Assembly (NCBI GenBank): GCA_051599415.1
Contig: AP039706.1
Coordinates: 124,001-188,000 of the forward strand
Length of the DNA stretch: 64,000 bases
Source of the DNA: Savitreella phatthalungensis
Lineage: Eukaryota
Reading direction: 5' to 3'
In this document: piece by piece, positions 19,897 through 30,595 of the stretch
Layout: the number at the start of each line of letters is the position of its first letter
Position numbering within the stretch: position 1 is the first letter of the stretch
Notes under the pieces: generated by a model
The model's input: the letters and a program-made list of their open reading frames with translations, nothing else
What the model was told of the DNA's origin: nothing
The model's database searches: none
Made by a program: the position numbers and the translations under genes

Positions 19897-20562
19897 TTAT
19901 GGCTTGAGGTCTCCCTTTGCACCTCCCCAGTTGGCTTTGCGATTATAGGCTCTGCAGTCTCTTAGCCACCTTCTGTAGTCTTTGATGGATCCGATCTTCT
20001 CTGCGTAGTGGTCTGGTACTGGGTTGTTGAATGACTGCTTTGATGGGTCGACTCTATTGCGTTTCACGTGCTCATAGAATTCTCTCTCCCGTGCTTCGAT
20101 CAGATGCTGCTTCTTCCTGTGAGCTAGCTTCCACATCGTTCCACCCACGGTTGGTCCAAGCAACCAGCCGAGTCCACCACATGCCACTGTTGCGCCTCCG
20201 TACACGATCAAGGGGTCCAGTCCGAGGACAAGCTGGGAAGGATCAATCTCTAGCGTTGCAAAGTATCCAAAGCCAGAGAGGAAGCCAAGTGCGGCTGTTG
20301 GGACACTTGCTACCAGTTCAGCTCTGTGTCTCTGCTTCCGTAGGTGGAGAAAGTCATTCCATGGCAATTTCGTCGTGTCCGGGATGTTGCGTACCTCTGA
20401 ATCCGAGGGAGAGTCTGAAAGGGTAGTCTTTGATGCAGCGGCAGAAGTATCTGTGGTGGTCGATGTGGATACAGGCCTTGTAGGTGTTGTCTGTGTGGAT
20501 GCCTGGCGGAGTGATATGCTCGCAGGCAATCCCAGCAACCTGGCTCTCGTGGTATGCAGCAT
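19897..20562 (-). CDS. PAM17: Mitochondrial presequence translocase-associated motor subunit Pam17
   Basis: LPWNDFLHLRK, GLDP, GWLLGP, NRVDPSKQSFNNPVPDHYAEKIGS..YRRWLRD. Confidence 0.94.
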   Translation of the reverse strand: MLHTTRARLLGLPASISLRQASTQTTPTRPVSTSTTTDTSAAASKTTLSDSPSDSEVRNIPDTTKLPWNDFLHLRKQRHRAELVASVPTAALGFLSGFGYFATLEIDPSQLVLGLDPLIVYGGATVACGGLGWLLGPTVGGTMWKLAHRKKQHLIEAREREFYEHVKRNRVDPSKQSFNNPVPDHYAEKIGSIKDYRRWLRDCRAYNRKANWGGAKGDLKP

Positions 20563-20944
20563 TCTCTCGAAGAGCTATTGAGGCTTTCTTCAATGTCAGG
20601 AGCGTCTGCTGATGACAGTAGCCCGTTGAAGGTGGTGAAGTGAATGCGTGGATGAAGAGGTGAGTGAGTGAATGAGTGAGTGACGTGCAATTCGGCCTCT
20701 GAAGAATTCTGATGGTAGCACGTGTATGTGGCTGACAAAGTGGCCGTGCTCTTCAACCCGTGCCCGTGCTTGTGCATCTGGATTTGCATGTGCATTTGTG
20801 CATGTTTAGGTGGGCTAGCCAACAATCTCGATCTCGACCATATCCCACAGTAATTCTACGCTCTCGATCGACCTTACTCTACGCATTCCTCTGCTCTGCT
20901 CCTCAACCCAAAAACTCAGGTGAAATTGTCCTGTACGCAGCTGA

Positions 20945-22072
<1,128 letters not shown>

Positions 22073-22845
22073 TAGATGCCTCATTGTGAGGAAAGAAAAG
22101 AAAAGAGAAATTAGGAGGATTCGGGTGTGAATGCATGTTTGATGTGTGATAACATGGAGAGGGGGTGGAATACCTACTGAGCGAGGGAATCTTGCATCCA
22201 TGCCATGACTCATGGCGCTGGATATGACACTGCATCTGTTGTTGCGAGGTATGTTTACTCTGCCATCAGAGAGATAACGATATATGTGTATATAGTGTAT
22301 GACAATGGAGAAGAGACCATCTATCGAAGTCTGAGGTGGAAATCACGTGCATCTAGTTGAGCGCTGCAGATGTTCTATGCCTTGTATCTTTAACATTGTA
22401 TCTTTGACACAGACAGAATATGCTCATTAGCATTGAGAATTAGGAGGTATTCATGAAGCTCTGTCGCGGTAGTGGATGGCCTCGGTGCCGTGCTGATGAA
22501 TAGCTTCTGCTGCTGCTGCTGCTGCTCCGTCAAGACGAGACGCTAGATCCCATTTCGAGGCTGACACTTTTTTTTAGTGACTCGACTGCTGGACTCCCAT
22601 GAGGAGTCGGTGTTGGATTCCGGCTAAGAGGCTAGGGTAGTGCTGATAGTACCTAGGTAGAGCGAGCGAGTATATAGGATATGACGAGTAGTAGCCGTTG
22701 ACGGAAGCGCTTTTGATTGTCATTAGATCTGATTCCTGTAAATTCTCTCTTGCCGCGGTCCAAAATGAATATAAACTTTATTGAATTTGAGTAAAACCAT
22801 GGATCTCATTGGTTCATCACACCAAAGATAGTGCACAAGAGGATG

Positions 22846-22925
22846 AGGAGGAGCAGGAGGAGGAGGAGGAGGAGGAGGAGGAGGAGCAGTAGAAGCAGCA
22901 GGAGGAGGAGGAGCGGCAGTAGCAG
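22846..22925. repeat. (GGA)n/(GCA)n microsatellite
   Basis: Trinucleotide repeat visible in intergenic DNA. Confidence 0.8.
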
Positions 22926-23865
22926 TCCTCAAGGGCAAAGCTGATGCAGTATTCAACCAGACAACCGTTCCAATACACTCGCTTCTACACTCAGGTCACC
23001 TGCTCACTCACTCATGGTCAGTGCTCGAGTCAGTCGAGTCAGTCGAGTCAGTCCGGTGGACCCAGAGACCGAACGAGATAATAAAATATGATGATAGATG
23101 AGTGGACAGACGGTTGAATATTCTTGCTCATAGACACACACTCACACACACGATCTTTGTCGACTCTAGTGGGATTCATCTTTTTTTAGTAGATTATCGA
23201 TTGATTTTAATAAATTTATACTCCGAACCCAACCTCAACTCTATTTGACCCTCTATACTCAACCCTTTATCAAATGCCTTTGATCTGACATAGAATCAAT
23301 CTACTGTGCAATCTATAGCAATTCAACCACTTCTACTGCAGTCAACCTATTCTATCATCATCGTCACCATCATTACCATCCATCACCTTACCACCTCAGG
23401 ATCATCTACACAAGTTGTTCCGTCTTTCGTCAAGTAGTAAACCTCTTTGACAACATTCAAGTCTAGATCAAGTTGGTGCGCAGCCCTTTTGATCGCAAGT
23501 TGGGTCACTCAAATCACTCAGGTCACTAAGCGCAACCACCGTCTAGGTCAATTCTGTTTAGACCATCACTTGACCCCTGCATCACGCGCATAAAGCATAC
23601 TCCCTCCTCCTCGTCTATTCCTGCTCTCCACCGGTCATCTTCGCCTAATCAGCCGACTGATCATTCAAGCGCTACAGCTTCACTCAACCCCTTACCTGCC
23701 TCTGCGCTGTCCATCCTGATTCCTCAGAGAACCCTCACAGGGATCACTATCGCCAGATCCTCATCCAGAGCTCTCTTTTGTCAATCAGCATCACATCGGC
23801 GTCTCCACAGTCCACGAAAACAATATCGTCTCGTACATCCCCTCTCCCCTACCTTTCTGCCCAAG

Positions 23866-25083
23866 ATGAACACGGGCGGCGTTCTATCAAATATTGAGCA
23901 AGCAGCAAGAGCTTTCACTTCTTCAATCACCGGCATCGACTTTGCATCCGCACCTCGTCCACCTCTCAAGGTAGCTGTCATCGGCAGCGGCAACTGGGGA
24001 ACAGCAGTGGCCAAGATTGTCGCAGAAAATTGTCTGCGCTCAGATCTCAGGGACCGCTTCTCAGAGGAGGTCAAGATGTGGATGTATGAAGAGGAGATTG
24101 AACATGCTGGCGCCAAGCGCAAACTCACAGAAGTCTTCAACGAGCATCACGAGAATGTGAAATATCTGAAAGGAGTCACGTGCCCACCAAATCTCAGAGC
24201 TGTTCCGGTCGTGCGGGAAGCAGCCAGGGATGCAGACGTCCTCGTCGTCGTCATCCCTCACCAGTTTGTCGACAACGTCTGCACAGACCTGAAGGGATTC
24301 ATCAAGCCTGGCGCAGTCGCCATCTCCGGCATAAAGGGCGTCGCAGTCTCTAAAGAAGGTGTCAAGCTCTTCTCCCAGGTCATCTCAGACAGGCTCAGTA
24401 TCTACTGTGGAGCGTTCTCAGGCGCCAACATCGCACTCGAGGTAGCTCAGGAGAAATTCTCAGAGACAACCATCGCCTGGTCAGCTGCAAAATACCCAGG
24501 CGCAAACCCACTCGCCACCACAGACACCCTCAGGCTCCTGTTCGAGCGGCCATACTTCCGCATCGGCCTTACAGATGACGTCGCAGGCGTCTCATTGGCA
24601 GGAGCGTTGAAGAATGTCGTTGCTGTCGCTGCAGGGCTTGTCGACGGTCTTGGTGATGGTGACAATGCGAAAGCAGCAATCATGCGGATCGGACTCGGAG
24701 AGATGGTTCGCTTCGGCCAGATGTTCTTCGGCGCAAGTTGCCGGGCAGACACGTTCCTGGAGCACTCGTGCGGCGTTGCAGATCTCATCACCTCCTGTGC
24801 AGGTGGACGAAACAGAAAATGTGCAGTCGAATTCGTGCGGACGGGCAAATCGATGGACCAGCTCGAGCGAGAACTCCTCAAAGGTCAAAAACTGCAAGGT
24901 GCAGCCACCGCACTCGAAGTCCACGAGCTCCTCACCCACACTGACCGCATCGACGACTTCCCACTCTTCACAGCGGTCTACGATATTGTCTACGGCGGCG
25001 TGCCTCCTCAACAGCTCTTCAAGCTTCTGGTGTCGCCAGACGAGCGGAAGAAGGTTCTTCTGGATGTCAAGCCCAGACTGTAG
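23866..25083 (+). CDS. GPD1: NAD-dependent glycerol-3-phosphate dehydrogenase
   Basis: VIGSGNWGT, ENVKYL, PHQF, GANIA.EVA, GALKNVVA, GVADLITSC.GGRN, GQKLQG; C-terminus is KPRL. Confidence 0.96.
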   Translation: MNTGGVLSNIEQAARAFTSSITGIDFASAPRPPLKVAVIGSGNWGTAVAKIVAENCLRSDLRDRFSEEVKMWMYEEEIEHAGAKRKLTEVFNEHHENVKYLKGVTCPPNLRAVPVVREAARDADVLVVVIPHQFVDNVCTDLKGFIKPGAVAISGIKGVAVSKEGVKLFSQVISDRLSIYCGAFSGANIALEVAQEKFSETTIAWSAAKYPGANPLATTDTLRLLFERPYFRIGLTDDVAGVSLAGALKNVVAVAAGLVDGLGDGDNAKAAIMRIGLGEMVRFGQMFFGASCRADTFLEHSCGVADLITSCAGGRNRKCAVEFVRTGKSMDQLERELLKGQKLQGAATALEVHELLTHTDRIDDFPLFTAVYDIVYGGVPPQQLFKLLVSPDERKKVLLDVKPRL

Positions 25084-25320
25084 CCTTCGAATCACCTCGC
25101 CTTCTCCATCTTTACCAGCCTATAGACTTTATCCCTTCAAACGGAAGCTTTCATCTCCAAAACTCTTTCACTTCCACATTCACATCACACTAATGACGAT
25201 CAAATGGACTCCCACTCTCGAGCGAGCGCCGTGCAGTATCATATCTCTTTTTTCCCTCTGCCCTGTACAATGATTGAATGCAACGCTATGCTGTGACTGA
25301 CGTTCGTGTTGCTCTTCCCC

Positions 25321-26007
25321 TTACTTCTTGCCTTTCTTGTCCTTGATCCGGATGGTCTCTCCGTCGACAAAGATTCCCTTGCCCTTGTAAGGCTCGGGTG
25401 GTCTGAAGCTCCTGCACTTTGCCGCGAACTGCTTCACCTGGCGCTTGTCCACACCAGTGATGATGACGGTCGTCGGCACGGGACACCTGACGCTAAGTCC
25501 CACAGGCACCGGTACCTGTACCGGCTTTGCATACCCTACCCTGAGTGTGACCTCGTCACCCGTGAACGCGAGCTGCCGCTTTCCCTCGACCACAAACGCC
25601 CCACGCTCGCTAGGACCGACAGCAGCCCTGTACCCTACGCCGACGACCTTCAGGGACGCGGTGTGACCATCAGTGACGCCATCGACGGCGTTTGCTACCA
25701 ACGCTCTCGACGTTCCCCACATCGCTCTCTGGTGACGGATCGTCGGATCGTCCACGCCGACACTCACAGCGTCCTCCTCGTCACCGGCGTCCCGTTTCAG
25801 CCGGACAAAGTTAGGCAGCCGGACCTCCACCTCACCTAGAGGACCCCGAACCGTCACCGCCCTCCCAGCAAACACATCCCGACCTCCAACAGCACCAGCA
25901 CCAGCATCAGCCACCGTCACCGATCGCGGCACGACCACCGGCCGCAATCCAATGTACGATCGCGCGACAGAGCAGGCGTGCAGACACCGCCGATGGATGA
26001 GCGACAT
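25321..26007 (-). CDS. MRPL6: Mitochondrial ribosomal protein uL6m
   Basis: SYIG..PV, VRGPLG, AMWGTSRALVAN, VGVGYRA, RPPEPYKGKGI. Confidence 0.93.
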   Translation of the reverse strand: MSLIHRRCLHACSVARSYIGLRPVVVPRSVTVADAGAGAVGGRDVFAGRAVTVRGPLGEVEVRLPNFVRLKRDAGDEEDAVSVGVDDPTIRHQRAMWGTSRALVANAVDGVTDGHTASLKVVGVGYRAAVGPSERGAFVVEGKRQLAFTGDEVTLRVGYAKPVQVPVPVGLSVRCPVPTTVIITGVDKRQVKQFAAKCRSFRPPEPYKGKGIFVDGETIRIKDKKGKK

Positions 26008-26246
26008 TAGGAGAATAGGGGGACCTCTGGTTGATATGGTAAGGGTAGGTTGTCTTTAGAGGTTGTAGGAGTGACTTACTGGATTGTATGCATGCGCGCG
26101 TGATGAATCAATCACCTGTTAGTACCAAGGGAAAAAAAAATCTTTCAGAAGCACGCAGATTTCGATCGACTATGCATACATCATTGAAATCTTCACTTTT
26201 CCACAGGACCCCTCTAGACCTTAAGAGCTTAGCGTTAGAGCAGAGG

Positions 26247-27053
26247 ATGTCGTGGGACGACGAGGAATTCGAGGTTGATACGGGTGCTGGTGCGCCCGTA
26301 GGTGTGTCCCGTGGGACGACGTCTGCGGTCGGTGGTGGTGGGAGGGGTCGATTTGAGGATGAGGAGCAGGAGGATGTGGCTGATGCGTGGGACGCTTCTA
26401 GCGGAGACGAGGGTGGAGCGGGCGCCGTTGGCGGCGCGTACCCTGCAAAGAAGAAGGGGACGCTGAAGGAGGCGCTGGCGCGGCGGCAGGAGCAGGAGGC
26501 TGCAGCTGCGGCCGCCAGGTCGGAGGCGATGAGGAATGCAGGGCCTGCCGAGAGTGCGAGCGAGAGGGCGGAGCGGCAGCGGGCGCAGGAGCTCGCGGCC
26601 GACTTGAACAACGCGGCAGACCTGTTCGGGGAGGTGCATATCACGGAAGAGGACAAGACGCTGCTGAAGGCGCAGACCGGTGGAGGCACGTTGTCTGACT
26701 TGCTCGAGCCAACGCCGACCACGAAAGAGGCGTTTGATGATGTCGGGCTACAACTCGCGCACGCGCTCAAGGTCCTGGGTAAGTCTAGGCACTACCCGGC
26801 ATTCGTCCTCGACCTCGTCAAGGCGCTCGCCCAGCCACTCTCCGCAGAGGACACCAAGAAGATTCAGACCGCCCTCAACGTCGCCGTCAACGCCAAAAAC
26901 ACAGCAGAGAAGGGAGGACCAAAGAAGCAGAACAAGAAGGCAGTAGCAAAGCCAGTCGTCGGCAACATGGGCAATGCCAAATCAGCCTACACAAAGTCAT
27001 TAGACTCTTCCAGGCTCGATGACGACTATGACGACTTTGATGACTTTATGTAG
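26247..27053 (+). CDS. HCR1: Translation initiation factor eIF3 subunit j
   Basis: MSWDDEEF acidic N-terminus, DVADAWD, ADLNNAADLFG, C-terminal DDFDDFM. Confidence 0.9.
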   Translation: MSWDDEEFEVDTGAGAPVGVSRGTTSAVGGGGRGRFEDEEQEDVADAWDASSGDEGGAGAVGGAYPAKKKGTLKEALARRQEQEAAAAAARSEAMRNAGPAESASERAERQRAQELAADLNNAADLFGEVHITEEDKTLLKAQTGGGTLSDLLEPTPTTKEAFDDVGLQLAHALKVLGKSRHYPAFVLDLVKALAQPLSAEDTKKIQTALNVAVNAKNTAEKGGPKKQNKKAVAKPVVGNMGNAKSAYTKSLDSSRLDDDYDDFDDFM

Positions 27054-28472
27054 GTGAAGGTGGAGAGCAGGCGGAAAGAAGATAGAGAGATATGGAGTCA
27101 GAGAGATTCTTGCAGCTGCATATGAGATCGTCAACGTGCATGCACATGCAGATGGAATTCACGTGTTTCTACAGTCAACTCTCGTTCAGTGCCACCTTAT
27201 GCTGGGTGTAGATAGACAGTCTCAATGGGCATTGGGCTTCTTTGTTGAGGTCGGCGATAAGTAAAGCCCGACACGGATAGATGGTCGTTATTGACAGGTC
27301 AAGGTCGAGCAGAGCTGACTTGAGATAGTATGGCTGGCCCAGTTCTTGAGTGATTGACCAACTGACCAACCACACCAGACACTTTTCAGTAACGATGTAC
27401 GTGTACGTACAGTCTACGTATCATGATCCTTTTGACTCCTGGCTAAGCATTCCCGTGGATGACTCCTGTCCGGGGATTTCTGTCACGCGTGAGACGGAAG
27501 ATGACCTTTTCTGTGTATATAGCTTCCAATTAGGCAGTATGATTCTCTACAGACTCTGATCATGTGGATTTGATTTACTCTGGATGTCCATGTCATGTCA
27601 ATCTAATGTCTGATTCCAAGTCTGAACAGGGCTGGAAGTATGAAACGCAGCGATGCATCAGATTGATTGGCTGCAGTTTCAGGTTGTTTACTTGTGAATC
27701 TGGTGCCCGTTGTCAATAAATTCCCTTGTAAATTTGAAACGAAGGCTGAATCAATCTGAAGACTGTCAAAGATGAGTTTTGAATTTGAAGAGGAGAGATT
27801 AAGTTTCAAATTTAGAAGGATAGAAATAGGCCGAGTATTTTGATTGGTCAAAAGCCTCTTCTTCCACATGACCAAAGATTGATTGAGTAGCAGTCTATCT
27901 GAAGACCAATCAGGCTGGAATGTTAAATCTAAAGTTCCAGGTTGACAATGACATATACTCCATATCACACTCAGCTACAGCAGTATACGTTCATTGCGCA
28001 TGCACATTCAACAGCACAGCAAAGTTGACAGCACAGGTAACAACAGTACGCATCACAAACACACACAAACAGCCACGCGGTTGACTCTAGGAATGTTATG
28101 AGGATGATGGGACAACTTGGATAGGACTCACCTGCTCAATCAAGTCGAAACATTTTGACAGCCTGGGGTAGGTCTCACTGGAACTCTATCATTCAGAGCA
28201 ACTCTAGCCGATGAACATCCTCTCTCGCCCTCTTTCGAAGTCTGACCTCCTCCACAATACAGTCGTCATGACGGCGCAGCCCAGGAATGCATCTCCGAGA
28301 ATTGACTACCAGGGCAACAAACACCAACACCTGTGTCACCCTCATGTAGGAATACTATAATAGCAACGGCTCTCCCACAAGCACCCAACTCCTCATCGAC
28401 ACCGGCCACCACCACACACTCTTTTGGACACCAACTTCGACACACTCTCTTTAAACCTCGCTCAGCCCAACA

Positions 28473-29411
28473 ATGAAGACCTTTGTCGCGACAACTCTCC
28501 TTGCTCTCGCCTCGGCTGCGCCTTCGAAGCGCCAGGCGGCAACCCCGCCTGCTGGCATCAACGACGGCACGATCCTCAACTACGCGCTCACGCTCGAGCA
28601 CCTGGAGAACACGTTCTACCGGCAGGGTCTGGCGCGATTCAGCGCGGCTGACTTCACGGCTGCTGGCTTCCCTGCCAGCTTCCACCGGAACCTGCGGGAG
28701 ATTGCGTCGGACGAGCGCTCCCACGTGGCATTCCTGACGGCTGGCCTGCAGCAGGCCGGTGCTCTGCCTGTGGCCGAGTGCTCGTACAAGTTCCCGTACA
28801 CGGACGTGCGAAGCTTCGTGACGCTGTCGTCCGTGCTCGAGGGTGTGGGCGTGTCTGCGTACCTGGGTGCCGCCCAGTTCATCGCCGACCCGAACTACCT
28901 GACTGCGGCAGGATCGATCCTGACTGTGGAGTCCCGCCACTCGGCCTTCATCCGCGGCTCGCTCGGCCAGTCGCCGTTCCCAACCCCGTTCGACACACCG
29001 CTCGACTTCAACGAGGTCTACACGCTCGCTGCGCCCTTTATCACCTCCTGCCCGCCAGCGAACGCCACCGTCGCCTCGTCCACCGCCCTCGGCCTGAAGG
29101 CCTTCCCGTCGCTGACCGTGCTGGCTAGCAACCCTGCGGACGCACCTGCAGGCTCGCTCTGCTTTGCCGCCCCGACCTCCGTCGCTCTCGCCCCAAACAC
29201 CCCGTACTACCTCCACTTCCTCAACATGCTCATGGACCTGCCTGTCAAGGCGTACATGTCAGCAGCAGTGCCAGGCGTCGCATGCGCAAACGTCCCATCC
29301 GTCGTCAAGGGACAGGCCTACGTCATCCTCTCCGCAACCCAGAACCCAGTCACAGACAACACAGTCCTCGCTGGACCGGCCATCATCGAGGTCAACGACT
29401 GCCGTTGCTAG
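28473..29411 (+). CDS. rds1: Secreted ferritin-like (Ferritin_2) stress protein, Rds1-like
   Basis: Signal peptide plus KR site; ILNYALTLEHLE..FY, DERSHV, LEGVGVSAYLGAA, ILTVESRH. Confidence 0.88.
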   Translation: MKTFVATTLLALASAAPSKRQAATPPAGINDGTILNYALTLEHLENTFYRQGLARFSAADFTAAGFPASFHRNLREIASDERSHVAFLTAGLQQAGALPVAECSYKFPYTDVRSFVTLSSVLEGVGVSAYLGAAQFIADPNYLTAAGSILTVESRHSAFIRGSLGQSPFPTPFDTPLDFNEVYTLAAPFITSCPPANATVASSTALGLKAFPSLTVLASNPADAPAGSLCFAAPTSVALAPNTPYYLHFLNMLMDLPVKAYMSAAVPGVACANVPSVVKGQAYVILSATQNPVTDNTVLAGPAIIEVNDCRC

Positions 29412-29659
29412 ACCCCGAGAACTCCCCCACAGACACCAATACTACCCACTAATCTATCCTGTACATGCGCACCCAGTGCAGACTTCAAGTTTCTTTGATT
29501 TGTGTGAATGTCACGTTCGATTGTGTGTGTGTCTATGTGTAAGTGTCTACAAGTACAGAAGGCGCGAGTGTGGGATGTCCAGCATCCTGTGTGTGGGCGC
29601 GCGCGTGGGTGGTCGTCAGCGTGGTTGCGTCTTTTGTCATTATCGTTTGTGTGGCATTT

Positions 29660-30595
29660 TTACAGACGTGGTGCTGCAAGGGGTGCGTCTGTGATTGAGG
29701 CTGCCATCCTGGCGATCGCCAGGTCGACGTTGGATTTGTGGACGTCGTTGTGGCATGCCCTTGCAAGGGACTCGACGCCGTCGGTCGTGTCGGCGAATCG
29801 GAGTCCCTCGCCTGCGAGAGCAGCATCGACATCGGCGTGCGCCCGCGCCAGTAACACCATCTCCCTCACAAACCTGGCGCTCTGGACGTGGACGCCGACG
29901 TTCCGAGGCACACGGTGGCCCTCGTAGTGGCGGCCGTGGCAGACGTTGCGCAGGATCGCGTGCAGGTCGAAGGTGTAGCCCTGCGGGATGATCTTGTCCT
30001 CGGGCCAGTACCAGTTCATCGTTGGTGTGGAGACGCCAGCGCCAGCGCGAGAGAACAGCTTCTCGCTCTGCTCAGCAGAAGAGGGAACCCGGCAGCCAGA
30101 GAACAGCAGCTGGAACTTGAACGCAGGGTGGTCGATCGGTTTGTATCCGGGGTACACCTCCACCCCAGACTCCAGCAGCGATGACAGCGGGGTTGCGTAC
30201 GCGGCACCCTGGGAAAAGCCACAGACGCCATCGAATGGCGTGCCAGACCGGGTGGCAGCCTCGAGCAGTGGTCGGATGTACTCGACAAAGCCGTCGAAGC
30301 TCACCAGTTGGCATGTCCAGTCGGTGTAGGTCGGGTTCCAGCCGTAGAGTCTCGGCGCCTGGAGCTCGATGGTCGACAGAGGCTTTGCAGGGTTCGCTGT
30401 CTGTTGTAGCTTTGCTGGAATCCGAGCGAGGTCTGGTGAGTTCTCCTTGGTGAGGAGGAGGGAGCCGTTGGGGAAGACCAGCTCGACTGGCTCATTGCCA
30501 AATGAGAGTTCGAGCTGACGGCGGAGCTCCTTGCACCACAGGTTGAGAACTGCACCGGACTGGGCGAACCCGTGAAGGCAGAGAATGCGAACCAT
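29660..30595 (-). CDS. FSH1/OVCA2-family serine hydrolase
   Basis: MVRILCLHGFAQSG, FDGVCGFSQGAA nucleophile elbow, EDKII and EGH for catalytic Asp/His; ends in APRL. Confidence 0.88.
   Translation of the reverse strand: MVRILCLHGFAQSGAVLNLWCKELRRQLELSFGNEPVELVFPNGSLLLTKENSPDLARIPAKLQQTANPAKPLSTIELQAPRLYGWNPTYTDWTCQLVSFDGFVEYIRPLLEAATRSGTPFDGVCGFSQGAAYATPLSSLLESGVEVYPGYKPIDHPAFKFQLLFSGCRVPSSAEQSEKLFSRAGAGVSTPTMNWYWPEDKIIPQGYTFDLHAILRNVCHGRHYEGHRVPRNVGVHVQSARFVREMVLLARAHADVDAALAGEGLRFADTTDGVESLARACHNDVHKSNVDLAIARMAASITDAPLAAPRL

Noticed and set aside
27175..27968. Short ORFs between eIF3j and rds1
   Set aside because: AT-richer DNA with non-ATG starts and no motifs; cannot be supported as genes
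28266..29216. 316-aa antisense ORF over rds1, and similar antisense ORFs over CHC1, GDB1, FAP1 and eIF3j
   Set aside because: Shadow ORFs expected from GC-rich, biased codon usage on the coding strand
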